Below are positions 29,000-39,317 of a stretch of 64,000 nt of DNA, one piece after another. Every line of letters starts with the position of its first letter. Within the stretch, counting starts at the first letter, position 1. The notes below the pieces were generated by a model, which was not told the origin of the DNA, did not search any database, and saw nothing but the letters and a program-made list of their open reading frames with translations. The DNA comes from Thermoplasmatales archaeon (GTDB taxonomy: Archaea > Thermoplasmatota > E2 > DHVEG-1), in contig CP070836.1 of assembly GCA_020341795.1 (NCBI GenBank), positions 1,303,212-1,367,211 on the forward strand. Direction: 5' to 3'. The position numbers were made by a program, and so were the translations under genes.

Positions 29000-29596
29000 A
29001 TGAGTTTTGAAGTACTTATTGCACAAGCCTTTTGGATAATACTACCAGCATATATTGCTAATGCAAGTGCAGTACTCGTTGGCGGTGGAACACCAATAGA
29101 TTTTGGAAAAACCTGGAAAGATGGACGCAGAATATTAGGAGATGGAAAAACATGGCGCGGTCTATTTATAGGTACACTTATGGGTATGATAGGTGGCTTT
29201 GGATTATCCATTGGTGCTAAATTCATCAATCAAACAGATTTTGCTTATGTTGGTCTTACTGATTTTTATGGATTTCCTTTAATGATACCAATAATTTTTT
29301 CAATATGTTTTGGTGCATTAATGGGTGATATAATCGAAAGCTTTTTAAAACGTAGAGTTGGAAAAAAACGTGGAGAAAACTGGATACCATTTGACCAACT
29401 TGATTTCATACTCGGAGTTTTATTTTTTAGCTTTTTAATAGCAGGATTTTTACAAATAATAGGATTAACTTGTGGCAACTGGTTTATGAACAGTTTTAGC
29501 ATTTGGCATATTATATTCTTATTGATTGTAACAGTGTTTTTTCATATTCTTTCAAATTTTATATTCAGTAAAATTAAATCAAATAAAAAAATCTAA
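29000..29596 (+). CDS. carS: CDP-archaeol synthase (CarS, DUF46)
   Basis: PAYIANASAVLVGGGTPIDFGK...DGRRILGDGKTWRG matches the CarS family signature; multi-TM. Confidence 0.8.
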   Translation: MSFEVLIAQAFWIILPAYIANASAVLVGGGTPIDFGKTWKDGRRILGDGKTWRGLFIGTLMGMIGGFGLSIGAKFINQTDFAYVGLTDFYGFPLMIPIIFSICFGALMGDIIESFLKRRVGKKRGENWIPFDQLDFILGVLFFSFLIAGFLQIIGLTCGNWFMNSFSIWHIIFLLIVTVFFHILSNFIFSKIKSNKKI

Positions 29597-29641
29597 ACAA
29601 GATTTTTAAACCATTGTTGTTTTAATATAAGTGAAAATAGG

Positions 29642-29947
29642 ATGTCTGACGATAAAGTAGAGATGAATGAGGAACTTCAAAAATGGATTCAAGAATCAAA
29701 ACAAAAAGTAGTAGATTCTAAAGAAAAAAAAGGAAAATTAAAAAATAAACCATCAGGTAATTGTATGTTATGCGGAGAAAAAAAAGCAGAACATACTTGT
29801 CTTAAATGTGAAAACTATGTGTGCAAATCTTGTTATTTTAAAATTATTGGTATCTGTAAAAAATGTGTACCCCCAGAGATCGCTGGAAAATGGGATGGTT
29901 CTCACCCTGACTGGGAGAAAGAACTAGGTGTTGAATGGGTGGATTAA
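29642..29947 (+). CDS. zinc-finger protein, function unknown
   Basis: CMLCGEKKAEHTCLKCENYVCKSCYFKIIGICKKC, eight Cys in interleaved CxxC pairs. Confidence 0.5.
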   Translation: MSDDKVEMNEELQKWIQESKQKVVDSKEKKGKLKNKPSGNCMLCGEKKAEHTCLKCENYVCKSCYFKIIGICKKCVPPEIAGKWDGSHPDWEKELGVEWVD

Positions 29948-29949
29948 AA

Positions 29950-31368
29950 TTATTTATCCATAAAATAGTATTGATTCCCTTTTTTCTTTTGTTTTTCCTT
30001 TTTAATACGTTTTCCTTCAAGATATAATGCAAGCATTGATCTTGCAGTTCTCCAAGCACTAGGATAAATTGGCACTCCAGCAGCTTTTAAATCAAGTACT
30101 AAATCTTCGTATTCTCGTCCACCAACCCATGTAGCTATAATGGGTTTTTTATATTCCTTATGAAGCTTCCTCTCACGTATCATTTTAAGAATTGCACCGA
30201 TAAACTCCTCGGGTCGAGCATAACCTCCGTGTACTGATGCTACTATGACTCCATCTATATTAGGATCTTCAAGCAATGCACTTGTCGCTAATTCATAACG
30301 GAAAAAACCTGCATCTGCACTTAAATCTACTGGGTTGTTTGGTCTAACTAGATCAGGAATGATTTTATCGATTTTTTTATAAGTTTTTGGTGAGAGTTTT
30401 GGAACATTCAGTCCTGCTTCTTCACAGGCATCCGTAAGCATGATACCAATTCCTCCCCCGTTTGTTACAATACCTATGTTATTCCCCTGTGCTGGAGGTT
30501 GACCAGCAAGTGCTTTTGCCATGTCAAATAGTTCAACGAGATCTCTACATCTTATCCCACCTGCTTGTTTAATTGCTGCTGTATATATCTTATCAGATCC
30601 TGCCATTGAACCTGTATGTGATGCTGTTGCTCTTGCTCCTGCTTTTGATCTACCTGCTTTAACAACTAGTACTGGTTTGTTACAGTTTTTTATACTGTTC
30701 ATAAAAGCCCGACCGTCTTTTACAGCTTCGATGTATAATCCTACTACTTTTGTTTCAGTATCTTGTGCAAAGTAATCTATTAGATCATCATCATCTATGT
30801 CAATTTTGTTTCCTACTCCTATTATTTTAGATACACCCATAAACTCGTTATTTGCAAGGTAAATCATACCGATCCCAAGCGCTCCACTTTGGGAAATTAA
30901 TGCTACATTACCTTTACGTGGATTTCCATATGCAAATGATGCATCAAGTCCAATTGATGCATTTTTATAACCCATTACATTTGGACCTAGAACTCTCATA
31001 TTTGATTTTTTAATTATTGATACTAACTCTGCTTCAAGATCGTGGTTACCTACCTCACTAAAACCAGAAGAAATGATTATTACGTTTTTTACTTTTTTTT
31101 GGGCACAATCTCTAAGAATTTGTGCAACTATTACTGCTGGTACTGATATTAAAACAAGATCAATTTTTTCAGGAACATCTGTAACTTTTTTATAACATTT
31201 TAGACCAAGTATTTCTTTATCTTTTGGATTGATAGGAAAAATTTCGCATTCATAATCAGAAATCAGAATATTTTTCAATGCTTCATGTCCTATTTTTCTT
31301 GTATCCTTTGACGCACCTACTACAGCAATTATTTTTGGTTGAAAAAATGTTTCAAGTTCATGAGTCAT
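29950..31368 (-). CDS. acetyl-CoA synthetase (ADP-forming) alpha subunit / CoA-binding succinyl-CoA-synthetase-like protein
   Basis: IAVVGASKD CoA-binding Rossmann start and phosphohistidine loop ATASHTGSMAGS. Confidence 0.8.
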   Translation of the reverse strand: MTHELETFFQPKIIAVVGASKDTRKIGHEALKNILISDYECEIFPINPKDKEILGLKCYKKVTDVPEKIDLVLISVPAVIVAQILRDCAQKKVKNVIIISSGFSEVGNHDLEAELVSIIKKSNMRVLGPNVMGYKNASIGLDASFAYGNPRKGNVALISQSGALGIGMIYLANNEFMGVSKIIGVGNKIDIDDDDLIDYFAQDTETKVVGLYIEAVKDGRAFMNSIKNCNKPVLVVKAGRSKAGARATASHTGSMAGSDKIYTAAIKQAGGIRCRDLVELFDMAKALAGQPPAQGNNIGIVTNGGGIGIMLTDACEEAGLNVPKLSPKTYKKIDKIIPDLVRPNNPVDLSADAGFFRYELATSALLEDPNIDGVIVASVHGGYARPEEFIGAILKMIRERKLHKEYKKPIIATWVGGREYEDLVLDLKAAGVPIYPSAWRTARSMLALYLEGKRIKKEKQKKKGNQYYFMDK

Positions 31369-31425
31369 TTTTAATCCCTCAGATTATACCCATGATAAAA
31401 TATAATTACTTAAAACCTGTGAAAC

Positions 31426-31941
31426 TTAAACATATTTTTTCATAATTTCTACTATTTCCTTACTTGTTTTAGCTTGTCTATATTCTTCAAGTGGTTCTTT
31501 ATTTAAACTTAGAAAATTAGGCCCCCATTTGTATAGATTTAATATTTCCACGGCTTTTTTTACTTCGTCAAATATGTATAGCGATGTTGCAAAAGCCTCA
31601 AGTGTTGTTAGCTTGAATGGTTTACCAAAATTGACAGGATTTGCAGCAACAACAAATGGAAGCGCTCGAGAATTATTTCTTTTATCTAAATACTCAAAGT
31701 TATTTTCAGCGTTTTTCCATGAGCAATCCACGGCTAATATACCAATTTCTTTTGCAAGTTTTAAGTCTTCTTTTGAAATACTTTTTTCAGCAAAAGGATT
31801 TAAAAGAATTGTATTCATAGGTGTTTTTCTAATTTGTTTTTCAAGTTTTATATAACCAAATTTTTCAAGTTTTTTTGCACTACACTTTCGAGGGTCATCC
31901 TCGTTTGTATGATAAACATATAACCTAATTTCGTTTTTCAT
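31426..31941 (-). CDS. tsr3: 16S/18S rRNA aminocarboxypropyltransferase Tsr3 (DUF367)
   Basis: RLYVYHTNEDDPRKCSAKKL N-terminus and the DCSW motif of the Tsr3 family. Confidence 0.8.
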   Translation of the reverse strand: MKNEIRLYVYHTNEDDPRKCSAKKLEKFGYIKLEKQIRKTPMNTILLNPFAEKSISKEDLKLAKEIGILAVDCSWKNAENNFEYLDKRNNSRALPFVVAANPVNFGKPFKLTTLEAFATSLYIFDEVKKAVEILNLYKWGPNFLSLNKEPLEEYRQAKTSKEIVEIMKKYV

Positions 31942-31945
31942 ATAT

Positions 31946-32785
31946 TTACTTCACTTCAAAATCAAACACATAGTGGCTTATACCTGGTGCATAAGACTTT
32001 ACAGAATTGTATTTTAAAAGTTTTATATCTAGATTTTCTTTTTTTGCTTCTTTTTCAATGATTTTAAGAGGTTTATCTGGAACAACTTCATCTGGATATT
32101 TATCATGAAAATGGATAATCCCAGTATTATTACTTAAACATCTAAAAGCTGGTCGTAAAAACTTATTAGTATCACCTATATAACCCATGATTACTCTATT
32201 AGCAACATTCTCAGGTGAGACCTCTCGACTATCACCTTTTAATGGTTCAACAATACTTGTAACATTGTTAATGGTAATATTTTCACAGAGGTAGTTATAT
32301 GAAATCGGATTTTTCTCACAAGCAAATATCTTTTTTGGTTTACTATGTACAGCCATTGGTAAAGTAAAATATCCAATTCCAGCAAATAGATCAACTACAG
32401 TTTCATTATTATTAGATATATTTGACATACGAATTCGTTCGCTCATATTTCCAGAGGAGAACATAATTCTTTTTGGATCAAGTTTGTATCGTACCCCGTT
32501 TTCTTTGTGAACTGTCTCGGTGTTATGTGTTCCATAAATAATTTCAACAGAGGGTGTTCTGAACTCTCCAATAATTCCTCCAATATCATTTAAAACAGAT
32601 TTGCAATCTAAGATGTTTGCATATGTTATTCCGATAACTTCTTTGTATATATTTAAAATTTTTGGGAGTGAAATAATTAAAACATCACCTATTTTTTCCC
32701 ATTTATCTGGTAGTTTTTCAACTAAAACTTCAGATATGTGTTTTGTAAGTATTTTTTTAATCAACTCAAATGGTTTATCAACCAT
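31946..32785 (-). CDS. Trm5/Taw2 (Met-10+) family tRNA methyltransferase / acp-transferase
   Basis: VVDLFAGIGYFTLPMA SAM motif; the 279-aa size fits Taw2/Trm5-type enzymes, but subfamily cannot be decided by eye. Confidence 0.65.
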   Translation of the reverse strand: MVDKPFELIKKILTKHISEVLVEKLPDKWEKIGDVLIISLPKILNIYKEVIGITYANILDCKSVLNDIGGIIGEFRTPSVEIIYGTHNTETVHKENGVRYKLDPKRIMFSSGNMSERIRMSNISNNNETVVDLFAGIGYFTLPMAVHSKPKKIFACEKNPISYNYLCENITINNVTSIVEPLKGDSREVSPENVANRVIMGYIGDTNKFLRPAFRCLSNNTGIIHFHDKYPDEVVPDKPLKIIEKEAKKENLDIKLLKYNSVKSYAPGISHYVFDFEVK

Positions 32786-32895
32786 ATCATTTTGGAATAA
32801 TACTAAACTTACTTAAAACATCATCCAAATAAAATAGTTTAAACAAACTCTGCAACAACTCTTTTTACCTTATTTAACATACAATCTTTTGGACT

Positions 32896-34866
32896 ATGAA
32901 TCTTTTTCCATATAAACCTCGTAAAAATCAAACAGCTATAATGCAGACTATCAAAAAAATATTAACAAACAGAGATGATCTTGTGTTTGAATCTGGAACA
33001 GGCTCTGGTAAAACAATATGTACTCTAACTGCAACACTCGAATACGCACTTGAAAACAACAAAAAAATAATTTACACAACTCGAACAAACGCTCAACAAA
33101 GACAAGTCATACTTGAACTGAGACAAATACGTGAAAAACACAATAAGTTATTAGATGAACTTTTAGCAGTTGGTATGCAAGGACGGTCCAATATGTGCAT
33201 CCTTGCAAGAAATAATCCAGAGTTGTCAAAAGGAACAGCAGATGAGCTATCTAGGGTATGTTCAAGTGAAAAAAAGAAGACAAAAACAAACAGCAAAGAC
33301 CTTGGGTGTATATATTTTTGTAATTTTTTAGATAAAGAAAAATCAGAAAAAGCAGTATTTTGGTTTAAAGAAAATCTCCCTACAGCAGAAGAGTTTATAG
33401 AGTATTGTGAAAAAAACAAGATATGTCCTTATGAAATTAACAAAAAACTCATGCGAGAGTCAAAATTAGTGGTTGTACCCTATATATATGTTTTTGATCA
33501 GATGATTAGAAACATGCTTTTTGATTGTATGAGCTTTCCAGAGGATGACATGGTACTTGTGGTTGATGAAGCGCATAATCTTCCAAATTTTATTCGTGAT
33601 ATTTTTTCCTCACAACTTAGTACATTTATGCTTAACAGCTGTGTTTTTGAAGCTGAAAAATATGGTGACCCATCAATGGTTGACGGACGTTTTACATTAT
33701 CTAGTTTTTGTAAAACACTTATTGATATTATTAAAAATATGCGCGATACATATGTATATGGCATCCTTGAAAATGGTATACGAGCTGGTTCTGTGAAAAA
33801 CAATGATGCATTTATCCCATCTCATGAGTTTGAAACAGAGATTTTTTCACGGTTTAAAATTACTAGCAAAACTTTATATGATATTGTCGGTGACCTAGTT
33901 GCTTTCGGAGAAAAGATTCAAGAATACCGTCAGAAGGATGGTAAACTTCCCCGTTCTTATATTCATAGTCTTGGTTTATTTCTCGATTTCTGGATTAACC
34001 TTGAAATAGATCAGTATTCAAAGCTGATTGTTGATGCAGCTAGTGGTAAAAATCCCCGGATAGAGGCTTTTTGTCTTGATCCATCGTTTGGAACTGGAAT
34101 CCTTCGTGGTTTTCATTCAACTATTCATATGAGTGGAACTCTTGAACCACTTGAGGAATATCGTGATTCGGTTGGTCTTTCAGAGTATACTGAGCTTATT
34201 GGTTTTCCTTCATCATTTTCAAATACTAATAGAAAAATTTTATTTGTCAGTGATGTAACTACGAAATATGAAGAGATTTTAAAAGATGATAAAATCATGG
34301 ACCGTATGATTAGCTATGTTTCAAATGTTTGTAATAGTTTTTCAAAAAATACAATGGTTTTTTTTCCTAGTTTTAACGTAATGTCAATGTTTAGAAGATC
34401 TGAGGAAATCTGCAAGATAAATCGTTGTATGTATTTTGAAGAACAAGAGATGAGTCAGATGGCGCTTATGGGTCTCGTTTCGGATTTTAAGGAACATGGA
34501 TATGGAGAGGGTGATAGAGCAACCTTGTTTAGTGTTATGGGTGGTCGTATTAGCGAGGGTATGGATTTTCCAGCAGATCAACTTGAAATTGTATTAATAG
34601 TTGGCATTCCTTATCCCAAACCAACAGCTCGACAACGAGGTCTTCAGCATTATTATGAAATTAAGTTTGGAAAAGGATGGGAATATACAGTCGAGGCTCC
34701 AACTGCTAGAAAACTTTTACAATCGATTGGTAGACTTATACGAGATGAAAACGATCGAGGTGTAGCAGTAATCCTTGATCGACGTGCAGCTCGTTTTAAA
34801 AAATATATTAGAGACTTGGAAGAATCAAAGAACTTAATTAGTGAAATTGAACAATTTATTGGTTAA
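32896..34866 (+). CDS. XPD/Rad3-family SF2 DNA helicase with FeS domain
   Basis: Walker A ESGTGSGKT, DEAHNL box, four Cys in the inserted FeS domain (CILAR...VCSS...CIYFC...ICPY). Confidence 0.85.
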   Translation: MNLFPYKPRKNQTAIMQTIKKILTNRDDLVFESGTGSGKTICTLTATLEYALENNKKIIYTTRTNAQQRQVILELRQIREKHNKLLDELLAVGMQGRSNMCILARNNPELSKGTADELSRVCSSEKKKTKTNSKDLGCIYFCNFLDKEKSEKAVFWFKENLPTAEEFIEYCEKNKICPYEINKKLMRESKLVVVPYIYVFDQMIRNMLFDCMSFPEDDMVLVVDEAHNLPNFIRDIFSSQLSTFMLNSCVFEAEKYGDPSMVDGRFTLSSFCKTLIDIIKNMRDTYVYGILENGIRAGSVKNNDAFIPSHEFETEIFSRFKITSKTLYDIVGDLVAFGEKIQEYRQKDGKLPRSYIHSLGLFLDFWINLEIDQYSKLIVDAASGKNPRIEAFCLDPSFGTGILRGFHSTIHMSGTLEPLEEYRDSVGLSEYTELIGFPSSFSNTNRKILFVSDVTTKYEEILKDDKIMDRMISYVSNVCNSFSKNTMVFFPSFNVMSMFRRSEEICKINRCMYFEEQEMSQMALMGLVSDFKEHGYGEGDRATLFSVMGGRISEGMDFPADQLEIVLIVGIPYPKPTARQRGLQHYYEIKFGKGWEYTVEAPTARKLLQSIGRLIRDENDRGVAVILDRRAARFKKYIRDLEESKNLISEIEQFIG

Positions 34867-35065
34867 AATCATTTTTTTCTTTTTTTGGTAATAGATTAGG
34901 AATTCCATACTCGATTTTATAATTATTTTTACATTTCTTGCAGATAAGTATTCCAGTTATTATCTCATCTTTTTCTTCTTTTTTTATTTCAATTTCTAAA
35001 TCACTCTTACAAGTTGGACAACATAGTATTTCAAGTATGTCTTTTTTCGTCTTAATCCTCTCCAA
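34856..35065 (-). CDS. Trm112-like zinc-ribbon methyltransferase activator
   Basis: LCCPTCKSDL ... CKKCKNNYKIEYGIPNLL, the canonical Trm112 pattern. Confidence 0.7.
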   Translation of the reverse strand: MERIKTKKDILEILCCPTCKSDLEIEIKKEEKDEIITGILICKKCKNNYKIEYGIPNLLPKKEKNDFNQ

Positions 35066-36131
35066 GATACATTGGTCTTTTTATACCCATATCAGAATCC
35101 CATATGAATCCCCAGTTATTATCGCTAATTTTACGTCCTTCCTCAATGTTCTGCATGAAGTTTTTTACTTGTGAATCCATCATGTCAGCAGCATGCACAA
35201 TCATTGCTTCAATTGTCTTTGGCATACGAGGACTGCCAAATTCATATCTTCCATGATGACTTAGAATAATATGGCAAATCTTATTTTCCAATTCTTCATT
35301 AAAATCTTTACCCTTTTTTCTTAGTTCCTGTATTTTTTCCCGAATCCATCTGTCACCTATTACTATATGACCTATGAAATTTCCGATATCTGTCTTATCA
35401 ATTGATGCGGTACTTATATATTCTTTTAGCTTTCCGATATCATGAAGAATTGCACCTGTAATTACTTGATCTATATTTACACCTGGATACATCTCACAGA
35501 TGTTTTTACAAAGCCTTATTACACTAACTGTATGCTCAAGATTTCCACCTACATAGTTATGATGATGAGTCATAGCACTTGGGCTGCTCATAAACTCTTT
35601 TACTATTTCTTTATCATTGAAAAATATGTCAAGTAGTCTTTTAAGATGCTCGTTTTCTATTGTTTTTATCTCTTTTTTTATTGTTTCGAACAATTCTTTT
35701 ATTTTATAATCATCTAATGATGGAATAAAATCTGATATGTCATACTCAGTTAGGCTGCAACGGCGAATTCCACCAATGGTTTCATTTATACTAATCTGAG
35801 GTTTTTCCTCATAAATTTCTACATTACCCAGACGGATTTGAACAACGTCACCTGGTTTAAAACTATCATATAGGCGTTTAATACGTTCTTTGTTGTCACT
35901 CCCCCAGTATTTAACATTGATTTCACCTGTCTTGTCTGTTAAAACTAGACCGAACCATGTACCACGTTTATAGGGTCGAGGTGGATTTTTTATTTTTACA
36001 GCATAAATATCATTTACAACATCACCCTCACGTAGATTTTCAATAAATTGCTCTTTTTTACGCTTACCAGTATCTGCTTCAATCATGGTTTGCTCATCTT
36101 TACGTTTATCATAATTAAGGATATCAGCCAT
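35052..36131 (-). CDS. OB-fold + HD-domain phosphohydrolase (YhaM-like 3'-5' exoribonuclease family)
   Basis: N-terminal OB-fold-like segment (DVVNDIYAVKIKN...TDKTGEINVKYW); HD motif ILHDIGK and HHGRYEFGSP. Confidence 0.65.
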   Translation of the reverse strand: MADILNYDKRKDEQTMIEADTGKRKKEQFIENLREGDVVNDIYAVKIKNPPRPYKRGTWFGLVLTDKTGEINVKYWGSDNKERIKRLYDSFKPGDVVQIRLGNVEIYEEKPQISINETIGGIRRCSLTEYDISDFIPSLDDYKIKELFETIKKEIKTIENEHLKRLLDIFFNDKEIVKEFMSSPSAMTHHHNYVGGNLEHTVSVIRLCKNICEMYPGVNIDQVITGAILHDIGKLKEYISTASIDKTDIGNFIGHIVIGDRWIREKIQELRKKGKDFNEELENKICHIILSHHGRYEFGSPRMPKTIEAMIVHAADMMDSQVKNFMQNIEEGRKISDNNWGFIWDSDMGIKRPMYLGED

Positions 36132-36418
36132 ATGATATTCCTCCCAAAATAAACTATTTTCAGCTGTTTTTTTTACTGTTTATATACTTATGGTTTAAAC
36201 ACTTTTCCTTTCAAATAGTAGTTCCGAAAGTAGATTTAAAACTTTCTAAAAATGGTTCAAATAACAAAATTTGAGACGTATTTTTGAAATAAATTCTATG
36301 AAAAATGTTGGTTAGAGTGCATATTTAACTGGTATTTTTTGTCAATGCACCAACAACAACCATGGTATCAACTAAAGGATTTAATGTTTTTGGAATTAAA
36401 ATATATTAAACACATTTG

Positions 36419-36694
36419 TTAACCACCTGGATCAATAGCAATCAATACTGTACCAAAAAACTTGGAAGTAACCAGATGTTTATCCTCAATCTTACCAAAC
36501 AGGTGTAGCCAAATTAATACATCAGCAAGTATCCACATATTATATAACAAGACACTAAACAAGAAGTAAAACAAACGAATACGGTAATTTTTGCTTGTTG
36601 TCTTAGCTCTGAAACTATGCTTTTTAACCCTATATGACGTTTCAATTTCCCAGCGTTTTGAATATAGTAAAGACAACCTATCAATTAAATTCAC
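36419..36694 (-). mobile_element. 5'-truncated DDE transposase fragment (IS4/IS5-like C-terminal region)
   Basis: YSKRWEIETSYRVKK is the Y-x2-R-W-x-I-E...K block carrying the catalytic Glu. Only ~90 aa remain, and aIF-1A ends 110 bp upstream, so the N-terminal two-thirds are missing. Confidence 0.6.
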
Positions 36695-36803
36695 ATCAAT
36701 GTCCTAAAAATGAATGTTAGTAGCAAACACCCCCTTTTAAGGGGAAGCATAAAGCTAAGGTATTATTGAAATGAAATCAGTGTAATTATTTTTTATTTGA
36801 AAA

Positions 36804-37121
36804 TCAGAAGACATCTATTATATCTGGAAGAAATTTTTTTCTACTGAGTGTTATAGATTGGGTTCTTCCGTATCTATATACAACATCGGATTTTTCATTT
36901 TGTATCTCCCATGGTTTTATTATTAGTAAATCTCCTGTGCGTACTCTTATTCTTCTCATTTTCCCAGGTATTCGAGCCATCCTTGATTTTCCATCTGCAC
37001 AGATTGCATTTATTCTTGAACCACCCATTAGCTTATCTGCTATAGCAAACATTTCGTTTTTGTTCTTTTTAGGCAATGGCAATCTTATATATTCTTCTTC
37101 AGTTTCTTGTGTTTTGTTCAT
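36804..37121 (-). CDS. eif1a: translation initiation factor aIF-1A
   Basis: S1-like OB core RINAICADGKSRMARIPGKMRRIRVRTGDLLIIKPW. Confidence 0.85.
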   Translation of the reverse strand: MNKTQETEEEYIRLPLPKKNKNEMFAIADKLMGGSRINAICADGKSRMARIPGKMRRIRVRTGDLLIIKPWEIQNEKSDVVYRYGRTQSITLSRKKFLPDIIDVF

Positions 37122-37578
37122 ATTATCACAATCCTATTAAAATGTATCACTACATTACTTTTAACGAACCAAAAAGATACATCGAGGTATCAGCGGGGAA
37201 AAATCCCTCTATTATTCTTTATTTTTTTTAGATTTCCTTTTTGCGATATGCTTTGGAATCCGTTCTATTTTTTGTTTATTTTTATATCTTTTGAATATTT
37301 TCATATTTTCCTCATAAAAATTATCAATAGTTGATAATTAATCTTGAGAGTTTCTTTTCTCTCTTAACCTTCTTTCTTCAATTAATCTTTCACGATATAA
37401 GTTTCTCATTTCCTTATTTTTTTTTATTTTGTTCTTGAAATGCTATCCTTCTTTTTTCATTTCGCCTTCGAATTTCTAATTTTAAATTTTCTCTTTCTTT
37501 CCTCCTTTCATCCTTTTTTTTATGTTTTAAAAAAACCCATAATTTATCCTTCGATAACTGTTAAGATAAGGTTCTTCA

Positions 37579-37755
37579 TCATTCGTTATCCTTTTTTTCT
37601 TTATCTAAATATCTCCAATTATAACCAGGGTATCTCATGCTTCTAAAACCTTTTAAAAATTCATCAAAATCTCTTTGATTACGGAAACGTATTTTCCGTA
37701 CTATCCTACCAGTTTTTTCAGCAAATAGCTCTATTGTTCTATAACAATTACTCAT
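37579..37755 (-). CDS. possible 58-aa basic protein (not in track)
   Basis: MSNCYRTIELFAEKTGRIVRKIRFRNQRDFDEFLKGFRSMRYPGYNWRYLDKEKKDNE; weak AGGA upstream; no family recognised. Confidence 0.3.
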   Translation of the reverse strand: MSNCYRTIELFAEKTGRIVRKIRFRNQRDFDEFLKGFRSMRYPGYNWRYLDKEKKDNE

Positions 37756-37832
37756 TTTTCATCCTTAAAAAAAGGAAAAACTTAGATTGATTAATTCAAA
37801 AATCTAAATAATATTTCCTTTTTTTACTTATC

Positions 37833-38153
37833 TTATTCTCTAATTAGATCTATCTCAATTGAAGATACATTTGAGTTTCTACCTTCTTCATTAGTTACAC
37901 TTTCAGTAGTAATTATTATTTCCTTTACTTTTATATCTTTCATAAATCGGTTTTTTACTATTTCTGCTGTATCTACCGCTGTACTTATTGCTTTGCCTCT
38001 TGCTTTTAAGACAACTCCATTAGAGCCGTTTTCATTAAACTGCGTTATTACTGCAAGTACATAGCTCATTGGAGGTTTACGTCCAACATAGATTACATTT
38101 TCATCTTTCTTTTTTTCTTCAATTGTTCTTTTTTTTGTTGTTTTTTCTGTCAA
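37833..38153 (-). CDS. albA: Alba DNA/RNA-binding protein
   Basis: [20 protein letters not shown]...[24 protein letters not shown]. Confidence 0.85.
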   Translation of the reverse strand: MTEKTTKKRTIEEKKKDENVIYVGRKPPMSYVLAVITQFNENGSNGVVLKARGKAISTAVDTAEIVKNRFMKDIKVKEIIITTESVTNEEGRNSNVSSIEIDLIRE

Positions 38154-38229
38154 TTTTTTTTCCCTCCATTTAACAAATTTGATTATATGTTTGATTTTTG
38201 CATTTTACCTTTAAATGATTCAAAACCAT

Positions 38230-38433
38230 TTATGAAGCTTTCTTTAACATCTTTACATCTATTGCTCTCTGACCTTTCTCTGATTCTTCGATCTCGTATT
38301 CAACTTGATCTCCTTCATAAAGACCTATTCCTATTGGTATGGCTGTTCTATGAACAAAGACATCCTTTCCGTCTTCGCCTTCTATAAAGCCATAACCTTT
38401 CATATCATTATACCATTTTATTGTTCCTTTCAT
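38230..38433 (-). CDS. cold-shock domain protein (CspA family)
   Basis: GTIKWYNDMKGYGFI (RNP1) and DVFVHRTAI (RNP2). Confidence 0.85.
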   Translation of the reverse strand: MKGTIKWYNDMKGYGFIEGEDGKDVFVHRTAIPIGIGLYEGDQVEYEIEESEKGQRAIDVKMLKKAS

Positions 38434-38600
38434 ATTTATGTCACCTCCTCAGACTATAACGTCTGATATGAGTAAAAGAATGGAAAATAAAAAACCTCAA
38501 AAGTTCGCAAAAAACGAAATTATGACACTCTTATCTTTATTCTTTTCTATACATATATACGATGTGCTATCTTAAATAGTTATGCATCACAGATTTACGG

Positions 38601-39236
38601 TTAAATTTTAATAATTTCTTGATTCCAATTACAATATTCACAATATTCATTTGAATCAGGCAATTCTCCATTCAAAATATCATATGCGTTATTTACCAAC
38701 TTATTAACTCTTGAAAGATTTGTTTTTACTTCTATAACACTACAATTGAATGGCATACCGTTATGTAATTCGCATTCATCAGGATAGTAGAAAGCCAAGT
38801 AAGCTTTGTTGGTTGTATCATAACCCATTGCTTTAAGTAAATAAGAATAAACATCCAACTGGAGCTGATAAGATGGATGAACATTTTCTGGTTCTTTAGA
38901 TTTCGTTTTATGATCTAAGGCTACAATGTTATCATCTTTCAGCTTTATGTATTCATCAGGTCGACCCCATATGATAATACCATTATCCATCTCATGTTTC
39001 AAGGTTTTTGGCATACCCACAGCAAGCCATCCACTAACTTTTCCTTCAATTATAGGTGGTAGTTGACCAAGATTTCTATATTTGTTGAAATAATGCTTAA
39101 TAATACTATCCATTTTAATTGGAATAGAAGACATTGGTCCAGAAGGGCGCTTAATTTTTTTAACAATATACAGCCAAAAACAACGTGGGCAATTTTCAAG
39201 AAGATTCAGATTTGAAGGTGATAATTTATAATCCAT
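38601..39236 (-). CDS. PD-(D/E)XK nuclease, Cas4/RecB-like with Cys cluster
   Basis: N-terminal CPRCFW, GRPDEY...LDHKTK (D...D-x-K), QLQLDVYSYLL (QxxxY), C-terminal CEYCNW. Confidence 0.65.
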   Translation of the reverse strand: MDYKLSPSNLNLLENCPRCFWLYIVKKIKRPSGPMSSIPIKMDSIIKHYFNKYRNLGQLPPIIEGKVSGWLAVGMPKTLKHEMDNGIIIWGRPDEYIKLKDDNIVALDHKTKSKEPENVHPSYQLQLDVYSYLLKAMGYDTTNKAYLAFYYPDECELHNGMPFNCSVIEVKTNLSRVNKLVNNAYDILNGELPDSNEYCEYCNWNQEIIKI

Positions 39237-39317
39237 ATGATCACAACTTTTCCATGATGTTATTTACAGAAACTATTTAATTTTACAGGAGATATGAAAA
39301 ATGAGGGAGGAAGTAAG

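Noticed and set aside
28987-29502. Track ORFs 28987-29229 (-) and 29266-29502 (-).
   Set aside because: They are antisense to carS, which has a family signature.
34856-34866. Convergent gene overlaps: XPD/Trm112 here (11 nt) and FEN1/PepE at 47953-47961 (9 nt).
   Set aside because: Short 3'-3' overlaps are common in compact genomes, and I see no evidence of a regulatory role.
37107-37646. Track ORFs 37107-37334 (+) and 37440-37646 (+).
   Set aside because: Their Phe/Leu/Ile-rich low-complexity products come from the pyrimidine-rich plus strand of the spacer; they have no SD and no fold-like pattern.
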